From NCBI GenBank assembly GCA_010093815.1, contig ML996592.1: a DNA stretch of 64,000 nucleotides, one strand, 5' to 3'. The notes beneath the pieces were generated by a model. That model saw nothing but the letters and a program-made list of their open reading frames with translations, was not told the origin of the DNA and did not search any database. Both the position numbers and the translations under genes were made by a program. Positions 36,812-51,099 of this stretch are shown here, in pieces. The stretch is from Pseudovirgaria hyperparasitica (lineage: Eukaryota). Numbering within the stretch: the first letter of the stretch is position 1; every line of letters begins with the position of its first letter.

Positions 36812-39800
36812 TGAGAATTACGAAAGATACACAAAGCATGGTCAGTAGTGACCTGCCTTTCCCCGATCCCTTGGACTCCAACCACGGCGAAGCGCGCAGG
36901 AGATTAGGCTGGAACTATTGGATGCTGACTTTGTCGAACATTCCATTCCAGCCGGATCAATGGTAAAAGAGTCCTTTGGCGATAATAAGCTGATCGTGAT
37001 TGGTCTCGGCACACTTTGTCCTGCTAGATCTGCCTGTTCTGCCGTATAGTGTCCATGGCAGCGGGGTGCGAGCACATGGCAGGTCATTCCTAGACGTAGG
37101 GGTGTCATGGTGTCAATAGAGGGCTGATCGTTGTCTGAGCCAGCGTATCAAGGCTACAAGAGTTGTCAATGATTAGCCTGGGCGAGTCTTGCAGTGCCCT
37201 TCGGTCTACAGCCTATACGCGCTCATGCCGATTCGGCTTGGACGAGTAAAAGCTTGATCAGTTCATTACAGCAGCCTACATTATGATAGGGACAGAGAAT
37301 TAATTGGAGGTAGGTATTTTCATTGTACTGTATGTGGGCATGTCGACATGACGGGTCTGGTCACCGTGAACCGATAGCGTATGGCAGAGGCACCTGCACG
37401 CAACTGCACCTACACCCGTTCCCGCACCCGCTCCCATCTCACACGGCGAAAGTGGATGTAATGAGTGTCTTACTAGTGGTTGTTGTAGATGTAGTGGAAG
37501 TAGTGGAGGTAGGATGTGGCGGCTGTGGTGGATGCGCGGGGCCGCTGGGCGGAGAGAACTTGTGGCGCCCGCCGTGTCGGAGGCTGAATCCATCAGATGC
37601 TTCATGTTGCTTTGTCGTTATCGTCAGCTCATCACTCAAAGACTCACCCAATTCTCATGCATACCCATGTCCAAACTCATGTACATATTTGCACGAGCTC
37701 CGCGTAGTTTCCCACTATTTCGAGTGGGCGATTCGTGAAAGATGTCTGCGTCTCCCGTCCTGAAGTCTCTAGATTTATCCCCGTACTTGATGCATAAGTG
37801 CTAAGCAAGGGCCCTTATAAACAGCCCGCACCGACATGTGCCTCCTGCATCAAGATGCGCCGCAACACATTTAGCTTGAGCAGAGAGGCGTGTCGCACAT
37901 ATAAATGGAAGCTCTACCATACACACCAAAGGCCAGAGTCCATTTCGAGCTAGACCGTGTACACGAGGGAAGAAGACATGGCCGTCCGGGCCTGGGAGCC
38001 GAAAGAGCAAGACACGTTTGACCACGTTGTACCTTGAGCCAAAGCGGCAATCGAGTACATCGTACTCTGTATGACTATGGTCAGGGGTGCGCCAGTATTG
38101 GCTGCCGAGACAGGAACATTTTGAAATGATAAGCACGCCGCCGCACGCCCGTCTCCAGGTGGCTTGCCGTGGTCATACTAAGGGATGTCAGTAGTGCATG
38201 TCGTCAGCTTTAGACCACGCCTCCAGCGGGTGGTCGCAGTCGGGGGCGCTGGCAAGGAATGCTGGCCGAGTCCAGAAAAACAGACCTACAGTATGTGTTT
38301 GTACTGCAGATTCGATCAGTGCATTGCTCGCGGCGCAGGTCCTCATAAGCCATGTCAAGTAGATGGATATAGTGGTGAGGGTATCATAGCGATATTGGAA
38401 GGGGAACAGGAATGCGAAAAGTGAGCGTGACAGTAATTAGGTAAATGTGAAGGCCCCTGCGCCGTCTGCGGACTGACTGCAGACTGCCAAGTCGCAGGAG
38501 TCGGCCCGATATCTTTGCGGGCCATGACAGGTCAGGACAGAGGCAGAGACATTTCAACAACAACAACGACAACAACAACAACGTTTCTTATTCACTCAAT
38601 CTTTATCACTTCGCCAGCTGAACCACACGCCACTTACCATCTTCGACGACCCGCTCTGTGAGCCATATATCATCCCAGCAGCCGCCGCGTCTCGTCGCTA
38701 GGACGAAGGCGACGACAAGCACAAGGACAACCCGTCTTTGCTTCCGTACATCGGGTCCGTGGTCCGTCAGTCATCTGCCCCAGCTCTTACAGCCTCCCTG
38801 TTTCCTACAAGTCGATTGATTGATTAATCTGCTTCCCGCCTCTCACGGAACCCACGTCCCAGCAAGCATGCTCGCCGCCACCTGTCAGGCTGTCTTGGGC
38901 AACTCATGCAGCTGTCTCTGTCCACGTTGCCGCAGTCGGGCGACGGCGTGCATCGACCACCGTGCAACGCACTGTCTCAATATCGGTGTGCGGCTGGAAG
39001 GTATCGACTATGTCTCCCATCACCATGCCCCGACGAGGACAATACATGCCATTGTTTCCTCTGATCCTTGCAATCAGCCGTGTGCTCGCTGAGCGAAGAG
39101 CCAGGGAGTTCCCTCCATGCCTTGCTAGCTTCGCCCAAGAACTATCCTGTCTTATCATCCTTACTCTTCCAATGTCCATTAATGTCGTCTCCTTACTACA
39201 CTAAGCGATATGCACATGTGTTCTTTGTCCGCCTGTCCATCTACATCGCACGTCCCAGTGCGAGACCATACGACCGTGACCTATCGTGACAGCCATCCAA
39301 TTCTTGTCATTCCATTGTACGTGGGCTCCTGGTCTCGACATCAGTGCACGCGAGGGCGCCCTGTACATCACAGAGAGGCACGCCGCAAGGCTGCCACCCT
39401 TGCTCTTCAGCGGTGTATTGACGAGGCTCCATTGTGCTATATCCTGTGCTTTATTTATCATATCTTCAATTTCCAATGTCAGTACCATTATTCTCTATTC
39501 TCTTTTCATGATAGTATCATCTCCTGATTTTGAATGACAGATCCGCATACGCTACCAGCTATTTCATGTTCCGGTGCGATGGGGTAGATTGGCTGCTCGT
39601 TGAGCTCCTGTGAATTGTCCTATAGCGTGCTCTACTCCGAGAGAAGTCCTTTCCTGACGACATAGTAGCTACTTCTCGATCGTTGTTTGGTTCATGTCAG
39701 ACGCTTTGAAAGATCATCTGTCTATACGCGTTCTACCCAACACACCTTTTTCACTTCCAGCCCGAAGTCTTATCGATTGACCATCGGAGATAATCCTGGC

Positions 39801-40054
39801 TCGAGTACATGAAAACTATAACGCTAGTGTCCATCTTTCGACGATCTGACTTCGATTTCACCATCTTGTCCTTGTTAAGCCCGCTGGGAGCTATGAGTCC
39901 CCTGCACAGGCCTTGCTACACGCCACAATATTCTCTTCTCCAACGTAATAGAGGTCCAATCGTCTATCTGTCTGTCTGTCCGTCCGTCGCTCTGTCCGTC
40001 TTGAAAACGAAGAAGACGAAGAAAAACGTGTGTTTGTTTTAGTAGGAAAATATA

Positions 40055-40093
40055 AAGAAGAAGAAGAAGAAGAAGAAGAAGAAGAAGAAGAAG
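40055..40093. repeat. (AAG)n microsatellite
   Basis: About 13 perfect units. Confidence 0.95.
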
Positions 40094-41877
40094 AGAGGAG
40101 CATGGCATGACAAGACATGTGTGGGAAAGACAAACTCTCAACCTGGGAGGGTGTAGATAGTGGGCCCACATTCCAGATTGCATGAAGGCCACGTCAAGGG
40201 GAAGAATCTCCTTCGGCCACCTTATTCTCTGCTCTTGGTCAAGAATTCAAACGCTGGTGTGCAAGATCAAGGTCTTCCGGGTTACATCTCTGGCTGATTT
40301 GCTCTCTTCAGGGACTTCGCGTTCGATAAGGCTCGATGAAGTATAGGAGCCATATAGGCCCAATGCTGTTCACAATATAACACGATCTCAAGTATATAAA
40401 ATACGAGCAAGGGCTAAGTGATGGACTAACCATGTTCTGATGGTACGACGGCACTATGTTCATTGTACAGCGCCGCGGCCACATGCTCCAAGACGCGAAG
40501 CATGATTTTAGGGTTCTGGATGTACTTGGCCCAACTTCTGTTCACCGCTGTTGCTGAGAAGGAGTAAGTATACTTACCTGGCGTCACGAACCGCAGATTG
40601 AGTTGTGAAGCGAAGAGTTAGGTCTCCCAAAGCACCCATAAGTTTCCCCTTGTGTCTCCTACTAAGGCGTTCTTCTTGGCAGTGAAGTATTTGATGTTTG
40701 AGGGTAATCCCGTTATCCTAGTAATATCAATGTTCGGTGTGACGTTTTCGAGTTGCCGCTGGGAATGTAACGATTTTCAATACCAGACCTACGAAGGATA
40801 TATTTCCTAGTGATGTATATATATATCTATGATCTCGGCCATTGTGATGTTTATCCTTGTAATCTCCAAATGTGGCCTGGTTCTTAGCTTCGGTTAGACT
40901 TTCTCACAGTGTCCTCGGCGGCTGCAATGTCAAATACATAAGACATCTCGTGTCCCGCCTCTGCAGTTCATGTAGTCATAATCGCAAGCGCACTCAAGGA
41001 GTCGCAATATAGTGGACCGAAACATGAGCTGGCACTTCTCTAATACTTGGCAAGTGTTAGTATTAGGCTCATACAGGTAGCCCGTGAGTGTCGTAGGTTT
41101 CTTTGTATTGCAGCCTATGACTGCGAAGTTGAGATTGGCCCCTACTGCTTTAATATCGAAGTATTCGGTCGAATATATCACGGCGAACCCAGCACGGAAA
41201 AGGTGTGGGTATCCGCCATTTTCCTAGAACCTAACGAGCTAGGACTGGTACACGCGTGTTCTCACACCAATCTTCCTATTATAAGCCTTCTCTATCTTTA
41301 TACTTATCTATAAGTATATAAGAGTATTAAAAGTAGATATAATAGATAATTAGATAGATCTCTATCTAGCTATAAGCTTATTTTATCTTTATAAGGTCTC
41401 TTTAAAGAGATAGAGAAGAATCTTTAAAAATTATTAGAAGTTCTTAGAAGAGAGTCTATATTAAAACTATATTAGATTCTAGAAAATCTACCCTCTTTCT
41501 CTTCTCTAAGAAATTAAACTCTCTTATTATAGACTAAAGTAAAGAGTTTAGAGCTTAAAAATTATATAGAAATAATTACCTTACTCTACTCTATAAGTCT
41601 ATATAGATATTATAATATATAGATCTCTAACTAGAGATAGAGAGATAAAATAACCATTAAAGATTTAGAGTAAGAATATATATATAAGATAGAAAATACT
41701 AAGCTTATTAGATTCTAGAAAAAATAATAGATTACTCTACTAGCTTAGCTAAGAAATAGTAGTAGTTATAAATAATTATAAATATTAATTAATTATCTAG
41801 AATAGTATTAAGTACTATAAGATATTTATAGATATAATCTAAGGGTTAAAACTATAATTATATAATTAGTTACTCTA

Positions 41878-42003
<126 letters not shown>

Positions 42004-42572
42004 ATTACTAGTAGTAATAAATTATATAAGTAGATAGACTTAATACTTAATACTATAGATAATAATAGTAAAGATAAATTAAGAAGTTATAATATATTAA
42101 GAAAGTAAATAAATAAAGATAGATAAAGATAAGTAAAGATAAATAAAGATAAATAAATATAAACAAGTATAGTATATACTTAGTAAGTCTTAGGTATCTC
42201 TTAATCTAAACGCTCTATATAAAATTATATAGAGTATCTAGATCTACTAATCTACTTAGTCTATATATTATATTCTATATATTAATATTATATTTTATAT
42301 ATATAAATATATATTTATATACTAGACGCTTAAGAAACTCTCTTTCTATAGATAGTTTATTTTATTTATTACTATAGATTATAAAATAATACTATATATA
42401 TTACTATACTATTAGAGCTAGTTATATCTATATTCTATTAATTAAAGATTCTACGTATATTATTATAGTACCGTTCTCTATAGTATAGAGTATTACTATA
42501 CTATACTAAATTAGATAGTAATATTTATCGTTTATCTAGAATCTAACTCTCTTAGTATTTAGATGTTATACT

Positions 42573-43830
42573 ATGTCTTTTCTACTTAAATTTATATAAG
42601 ATAGATATATTCTAGTATTTTATCGTATACTAATTACTAACACGTTACTATTACTAATTATATATATTTAGTAGATTATTAAGACTATCTAGTAGTTAGT
42701 ATATCTATTATATAATATATTTCTAGTATTTTTAACTTATAGTTATATATAGTAGACTTATCTAGTAAGGTATATAATATAAGTATCTATTACTAAATTA
42801 ACTTTCTTCTTAAGTATAATATACTCTCTACTATTACTATAGAGAAGTCTTAAGTATCTATTTTAATAGTTAATTATATAAGGTATAATCTTACTATATA
42901 TAGCTAGTAAAATAAATCTCTATCTATAAAGACGTATAGTTATAATACTATTCTTAGTAATTATATAATAGAATTACTATTTAAGTACCTACTCTAAGAG
43001 AGATAGCTATACCTTAATAAGATAGTAAAATAAGTATATAAAGAGCTTAAGATAGTAACCTTACTATCTACTATCTTAAAGTAGCTAAAGAAGAGAGGGT
43101 AGACTAGAAGTCTACTATAGTATATTTATTTCTAATACTCTAAGGTTACACGTTATTTCTATTATAAGAATATTACTTAGCTATCTACTAATTACCTTAT
43201 ATTTATTAATAAGATTATCTTTAATAAGAAAATAGAATAGAGAAGATAGGGTAGAGCTTCTTATAGAGAGACTCCTAGGTAATTTATAAGGATTAATCGA
43301 GGCCCTATATATAGTATATATAGTACTATCTCTATTAATAGCTTCGTTATCTATAGTATTAAGAAAGGTTACTATACTAAGTAAGAGTTTATTAACTAGC
43401 TAGAGATATATCTATTCTCTAGTCTATAAGCAAAGTACTCTAATTAGACTATAGTTATTATTATAGATAATCTCTCTCTTTATACTAATAATAACATTAC
43501 TTCTATAGTTACTATAGCTAGTTATACTCTTTAATATATACTATCTTACTTATCCAATTATAATTCTACTAAGTTAGTATAGGTAGTTCTAAAGATATAG
43601 ATTTAAAGGTAGTATCTATTTATATATAAGTAGTTATATAACTTCAAGAAGTTCTTATGCTATATCTTTAAGAATAGCTACTATAATTAGTTTACTCTCC
43701 GCTTCTTTAAGTATATAGCTAATAGCTAGTATATTAATGAAACGCTATGAGAGCGTATTATTACGGATTTAAAGTAGTTTAAGTATAGTAGAAGGTATGG
43801 TTTTACGGTAGAAGTAAGGGATATTAGTTT
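42573..43830 (+). pseudogene. RIPed Tc1/mariner-IS630-type (DDE_3) transposase
   Basis: De-RIPed frame from ATG 42573 shows HTH-like WLYLDEI...STISKWLKKRGW, then FIDE.IFNEKTGWR...VIIMDNLSLH...PPYSPDYNPAEL.W..LK. TIRs not resolved. Confidence 0.8.
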
Positions 43831-44971
43831 ACTTTTTATAGTACTCTTTACTAACTAATATTCTATTATTCTTACTTATATTTATAGAGAGAAGATATAC
43901 TTATTTATATATATATATATATATATATTTAATATAAACTTTATAGTATCTCTACTTAAAAATCTTATATAGCTCTAGAAGCGAGTCTATAGAGTACCTT
44001 TACTACTTTCTTCTACTCTACTATCTTAAGATTACCCTTATACTTATAAAGATAGTAATAAGTATCTAATACTATACTTAATAGAATAATATACGCCTTT
44101 ACTATTTTATAATAAGTAGTTCTAGAATAAGTAATCTCTTTAATCTATCTATACTAATAATAGTTATTAACTATATACTTACGGAGTAATCTAATCCCGT
44201 TCTTTATCTCTATATACGTTTCCTTTATATATTACTATTTAAGTACTAACTAAACCACGTTAGTCTAATAAAGTTCTAGTTAAGTAGAGCTACTATATAG
44301 TACTAGATTTATTATCTCTAGTAGTATTAATAGATAATAGCACTAACTCTTAACCTTATAAGTTAGTAATAGTAACGTATAGAGTAGTAGAATACCTAGT
44401 AGATATAGAGGTACACGTAATATAAATATAGAATTAAATCTAGTCTATTAAAGTTAAGTCTATCTTATCTACTTATAAAAATATTAATACTTAGCCCTTT
44501 TCTTATTCTTTACTCTTCTATCTTCTTAATAGTACTAAAGCTTATTAATTACTACTTAAACCTTCTAAGTCTAGAGTTACTTAGTAAGGGTAGTAAGATT
44601 AACTTATCTAGATATATCTATCTTCTTTACTAACTTTCTCTTATAGAGTTTAGATATAGGTTACTTTATTATATCTATAGAAGAATTCTTAATAGAGACT
44701 CTAGTAATACTAGTAGTAATAGCGTATATCTATAATAATAATAATAATAATATTAGTAAACTAGGTAGAGTACCACTCTATAGGCGCATGCCTCCTCTAG
44801 TCTAAGCTACTATATAAGAAGAAACCTATAAATAGGAAAAACTCCCTTATATCCATAACTACGCTCTATCTATCCTCTCGTTCTTTATATATATATAGCC
44901 CTAGGGGCTACCTATAGACCTATAGTCTATATTATAATAGTTTACCCTTAGGTAGCACGTGTAGATACGGA

Positions 44972-45006
44972 GATTATTAGTTAAGGGCTACCCTTAACTA
45001 ATAATC
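44972..45006. repeat. Conserved palindrome (3' site of LINE-B2)
   Basis: GATTATTAGTTAAGGG-CTA-CCCTTAACTAATAATC, 16-bp arms. Confidence 0.95.
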
Positions 45007-48000
45007 GCGGTTCTCCTGGGGTTCTTCCGACGTATACCGGGGTTCTTCTAGTATATATTAGGCTTCTTCCGGTATATATACGCGGGTCTACTAGAACTAG
45101 GGGAGAGGAAGGTATATAAGTATCTATCGGGCGACGTCCTTAGGGTACTTATTAAGCTATCGCGTAATGTCGGAGGTCCTCGTTATACGGATAAGGGCTT
45201 ATCTTAGGGTATAGAGGCTAGAGCACGTCGCGAGGTAGTAGCGTATTATACCTCTCTAGCTATAGTCCTCGTACTAGGGAGATACGTCTAGGACGCCTCT
45301 CTAGTAGAGATAATATAGGAGACCTATAGCGCCTATTCGGGCTTAGAGGAGTATAGATGCTTAGGCCTTCGTTAGCCCTTTATATATCTATTTACTTAGT
45401 TCCTTCTAAGGCCCTTAGATCTATTCTAGATATCTATTCTATTAGGAGGCCTACTAGACTTTAAGTTCTCCCTCTATTTATTCTAGATCCATGACCATAT
45501 AACGCGGCTAAGCTCCTTAGGGCTCTATTAGCTTAGGATAGTATCCGGGTTATTTTAAACCTTCTATATAGTCTAGCTTAAGTCCGCCTCTATATAGTAT
45601 TTATATTATACTTAAGTTTATTCTATAGTAGGGAGGGCCTAGTAATACGTATAGATACGTATACGTAGTACGGCGAAGGTATATACCCTATCTCCTCTAC
45701 GTTCTTATACTTATTATTTAGTAAAGTATATAAGTCTCTATATCTAGTAGAAGTTCTATATACTTATTACGTTTATCTCGCGTTAGAGGAGTATTATATT
45801 AGTAGCTTTATATACACCGGAGATAAGGCGGAGTATATAGTTTTATATAGACTTAAGCTTTACCCGCTAAGCTTATATAAGGGCCGTATACTAGTACTCG
45901 TATCTATATATAAAGGCTAGGCGTGCTAGGGAGACGTATAGCTATCTCGCCTTATCCTAGGCTATTCCCTACGTAGATACCGTAATCCGGTATATAGTGG
46001 TTTCTATCTAGAGGGCTCTAGAGACGGCGTGTGCCACCTATAGTCCCTATTTTAGCTTATTATTAATTATAACGCCGAGTGCGCGTATACTCTGTACTAG
46101 TAGTTCTATAAAGGCGTCGATTTAGGGGCGACGTACCCCCTCCCTAGTAGCCTATCCTCTATAGTAGTTAATAAAGTATATAAGCTAGTATTTTTTAGGT
46201 GCGAATTTTACTCTATAGCGCTTTACCTACTAGACGTATTTCTTATGGTCTTATTTAAGTCGTGTACATGTTCTACTAGTACTACTATTAACTATAAGGA
46301 GGTATATATCGTCCGCGTATCCGACTATCTCTATATATTCTATTCCCTAAAGAAGGTCTACTATAAAGAAGAGGAAGAGGATTAGGGAGATGGTGCTCCC
46401 TTACGGGATGCCGTATACCGTCTCCTTATATTCGCTTTAGTATCTAGGGATATATATTTAAGTAGTTCTTTACGCGAGGAAGGACTATATAAATCGTATA
46501 ATCTACTTAGGTATTCGCCTTATCCGGAGGTTATAGATAAGTCTTATATAGTTTACCTTATTAAACGCCCCTACTATATCTAGGGAGAGTAGCGTAACGA
46601 CTCGTCCTTACTTCTATATAGTCTAGATAACCTTAAGGATATATTAAATAGCTATAATTAGGGAGCTTTCTACCTTCGCCTTCTGGTTTACTAGGAGAAG
46701 GCCGTGTACCTATACTACTATACTTATCTTCTTAGTAATCGTGGCTTCTAGTACCTTACTAAGGTAGAAGAGAAGGGCGATTAGCCTCTATCCCTTTAGC
46801 GTATTTAGGCTCTTCCCTAGTTTTAGGAGTATAACTATGTATATGGTTCGGAAGCTCTATAGGTGGTATCCTATACGGGCGCACGCTTGGAATATATAGC
46901 CTATAATTAGTAAGGTCGCCTATATAGTCCTCTTAAGGTATTGATTCGGAATTCCGTCTAGCCTAGGCGCTTTATTATTCGGGAGTATCTTAATAGCGCC
47001 GAGTATATCGTTATCCGTGATTTCCCTAGGGATACTTATAGCTTCCGGGTATTCCGTGCCGTTAATATCTAATAGATCTACGGGTTCTAGGAGAGGGAAT
47101 ATAACCTCTTATAGGATCTCTATTTTCTTAAGGCTCGTGGAGTATATCTTTTCTTAATATATAAGGGAAGGTATAAGTGGTATAGGTGTCGGGGAGGCGG
47201 TGCTTTTAGCCTATTTTACTATATACCATAGTCTAGTAGTATTACGTGTATGTCTATCCGTAACTATACGCTACTATTTACGTTACTTATAGTGGAGGAC
47301 CTTATCTTATTATCTTCTCGCCTCTCTCTATTTATTCTACGCTTTAGGTATACGGTTATAGTATACGTATATATATAATCTCCGGACTTCTCGCCTATAC
47401 TCTTATACTTAAGGTATACTTTTCGGGTCTAGGGGTCTATATATTTAGTACGGCACGTGTTTATCTCTTACTCCCTAGTACGCCTATAGGAGTATATTCA
47501 CGGCCTAGTTAATGGCCGGGCCATTAGATACGTCGACTATAGACGGGTCTAGGATTATCGATTCTAGGTCCTTTAGGTACTTTCACTAGTTAGTATTCTT
47601 CTATAGCTATCGCCCTCGTTAGTCTTAAGGGGTGGATACGTCTATTATAGTCTCTATATATTTATGGTCGGAGTCTATCTATATAAGGCTTAGGCGGTAG
47701 TATTAAGTCCTATTATAAATATATCTAGTGGCTAGGGTAAGGTCGAGTATGAATCCGCCCTTATCTTATTTATATTTTCGCTAGGTAATCTATTCTACTA
47801 GTATAAGAAGGTATAGAAAGCCGTGGTATTAGGTGCGTAGTTCTCTAGCTCGAAGCTCTTCGCGGGTAACGGTTAGTCTACCCTACTAGCTATAATAGAG
47901 GTTAAAGTCTCCTAGGAGGATATATTATTCTAGCTTAGTAGTACCCTTAAGTATGTTATCCGCCTAAAGCGATTAGTTCTAATTATATATATTATATATA

Positions 48001-49760
48001 TAGAGGGGTCCGATATTCGTCTAGAGATATAGTATTATCCGGAGGTTATCCCGTTTAGTATATAACTATAATAAGAGTAGAATAGACTTATAGACACGGA
48101 AGAGGACTCTCCTCTCCGGTCCTAGGGGGTGTATTATATAATATCCTAGGTATGTTATTGGTTTGTTTGTCTAGTAGTATTTATATAGCTTCTATATAGC
48201 GAGTATTACAGCTCCGGTCTCCTTAAGGAGTATCGCCTAGTTCTTATGTTTATACTATACGTTTGCCTATATAATTAGGAGTATATCTTGGTCTCTTATT
48301 AGGTGCTAGAGAATATATAGGCCTATATATTTATTCCTCTAAGACGCGACTATCCTCGTACGGCGGCGGCCTTAGTAATTCCTTAGGGTCGTTCTATTAT
48401 TAGCTTTCTTAGGACGGTTTACTATTTCTAACCGCTTCCTCGTAAGGAGGTAGTCTATAGTAGTAGTATTATAGTAAAGAGAGGAACGGTAGTAGATCGT
48501 ATCGTTTATAGCTACCTTACTCCCTTTATCCGGATTAAGTAGATATATTTAGTAATCTATTTATGTTTCGCGCACGTAGCTAACTACGACGGGTACTTAC
48601 CGTCGTAGTTAGAGTACTTTACCGTATCTCTATCTCTCTAGCCCTCTTCTCGTGTCCCGTAGGGGTACTCCTAGATACTATATTCTTATTAATACTATCT
48701 ATACCTAGTCTTTTAGGAGTACCGCTATACCGTATACCCGTATCCCTAATAGTTAAAGTACTATATTATCGCCTATACTCTATCCCATGGTTCTACTATA
48801 AGAAGCTCCTCTTCCGCTAGGAATCCCTCTTACGTAATTTAATACGCGAGGGCGGGGTTCTTAAGCTCTACTATTATAGTAGAGTATACCTTTAATCTGG
48901 TTTTAATCCCTTATATATTCTTCTACCATGCTCTTACGATCTTAATCCCTAGGTATTTTCGCTTATTTAACTATTCTATCTACGTGATATCCTCTTCTCT
49001 AATAACCTATCCGCTTACGGGTATAGAGTATATCTATATTAGGTATATGGCCGCCCTAATAGAGGCGCCTAGGAAGATACTACTAATCGCGTTTAGATTA
49101 CGCGAGATAGTCTACTACGCGATATTCGTTATCGTAGTAAGTACTACTCCTTCTAGCGTGAGTTTAGTAGCGACGACGTTTAACTATATTCCCTTTTATT
49201 TATTAATCTTACTTACTATATTCTTTAGGGATACTTACTAGACCTATACTAGGGTGTCCTTATCCTAGATTACGACGCGTATACTATATGCCACGTTACC
49301 GGTCTAGGGGGCCCGTGGTATAGCCTCCGGTATTACTACTATTTATATCTATATACTAGGGCGCTTACCTTAAGTAAGTTCCTCCTAGATTCTATATAGG
49401 CTGGCCTCTATTCGGTCGAGCCTACCCTCCGGTCCTTCTAGTTATATCTTCTTCTCCTCCTCTATAATTCCCTTTAGATTCCGGATAAGGTTCTAGAATA
49501 TATATAGGAGGGTCTTCTAGCCCTCTCTAGCTTCCTTCTCTATATATACTACCTAGTAGTTAATATAATCTAGGAGGGTTTCCCCTCTCGGGGTCCACTT
49601 TATTCCGTCTATCTATAGCGGCGTGCGCCTTTAGGTATATTCTATATTTTAGATAGATATATAGTTACCCTCGGTAATATTACTATATGGCCTTTTCTAT
49701 TATACTAGTGGGGGTATATCCGGTATATACTAGGGTATGTCGGTGCCTAAGGCCGCCATA

Positions 49761-49793
49761 TTTATTAGTTAAGGGCTACCCTTAACTAATAAA
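49761..49793. repeat. Conserved palindrome (5' site of LINE-B2)
   Basis: Adjacent to CAT at 49757-49759. Confidence 0.95.
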
Positions 49794-50663
49794 AGGGGGT
49801 CAGTATATCGGCGTTCTAGTAGCGTGGTCCGTGCCTCTATCTCCGTGAGGATTTTAAGAGGGTATATATATATCTTTATACGGTAATAACGTCTTGGTTT
49901 CGACGCTACACGTACGTGTGTATAGTAGTAGTTGGTGTACTCGGTGTACTCTATCGATTAAGGTGTATATCTCGCTATATTACCCCGAATAGACTAAGTT
50001 AGCCTCTTAGGGATGTAAAAGAAGTTTTTAGCGTATATCTATAGCTCTATTAATATATGTGTAATCTTATAATAAAGATAACTAGATAAGAATAGAATAA
50101 TAAAATAGTAGTCTTACTTATTAGTATAACTAACGTCTATATAATAGTAAGTTAACTCTATTATACTAATTATCTTAATCTATTTTAGACTAGCTTCCTT
50201 CCTCTACTAAGTCTTATTATATATAATTATAGTATACTCTCTTAATAGAGTCTCTATATTTAGCGAACTTTAAAGTTCTATATCTAGTAATAGTATAGAA
50301 GAGTTATAGTAATAAGTATATTAAGATTACTAAAGAGGTTTCTTACTCTAGAACTTATACTTTATACTATTCTTATAGGTATTTATAATAATCTTATTCT
50401 TTATATTAGTAAGCGAGTAGATCTTATCTATATCTATATAGACTCTCTTCTAGCTAATAATCGACTAGTTATTAATAGCGAGAGTCCTCTACTATTTCTT
50501 TCTTATACTAAGACTATATACTATCTAGTAAGTATTAAAGGTCTAGTTATTAGTACTAAGTCTTATACTAATTAAGTTATTTATTATACTCTTATATATC
50601 TTATATTTAAATATATATTATAGAATAGTAGTAAGTTTATTTACTATCTATAGAATCTACTAG

Positions 50664-50729
50664 AGAAGAAGAAAAAGAAGAAGAAGAAGAAGAAAAAGAA
50701 GAAGAAGAAGAAGAAGAAGAAGAAGAAGA
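50664..50729. repeat. (GAA)n microsatellite, imperfect
   Basis: Visible directly. Confidence 0.9.
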
Positions 50730-51099
50730 TAGAGATAAAGAGATAGATAGAGGAGTAGGTATAGCCTCCGGAGACGCCGAAATATTAATAATATATGGTT
50801 TTTTTAGCGCTACGGTATATTTACAAGCTTATTTCTTTACTATTACCCTTATAGTAGTAGTCTTTACTAATTTAGTAGTAGATTTATACTAGAAAGAAGA
50901 AGAAGAAGAAGAAGATTTAACTAACGTATCTATTATAAACTAAATACTTTAAGTAGGTTTTTTTTAACCTAGTGTTAGGACTAGTACTAGAATAGACTTA
51001 ACTAGACTACTACGGCCTAGTACGGTCCCGTAATAGATGAATCTAGGTTAAGTTAGCTAGATTAAGCGAGGGTACTATATAAGTAGACTATATATACTT

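Larger units (their letters stand above)
33400..41280. other. GC-balanced, largely non-RIPed island between two RIP blocks
   Basis: Normal CpA/TpG content and an intact spliced gene; abrupt borders. Confidence 0.9.
44733..50028 (-). mobile_element. Tad1-like LINE subfamily B, near full-length copy B2
   Basis: Colinear with 12892-18183. TSD TAGCGTATATCTA(TA) at 44720 and 50029. ORF1 ATG at 49759. Confidence 0.93.

Noticed and set aside
41185..41205. PFPCWVR as the start of a Cyk3-like SH3 domain
   Set aside because: Similarity ends after 7 residues and the frame closes shortly after.
43950..44719. RIPed sequence flanking LINE-B2 (continuing at 50044-50650) as a specific TE family
   Set aside because: Clearly RIPed, but I could not recognise any diagnostic motif.
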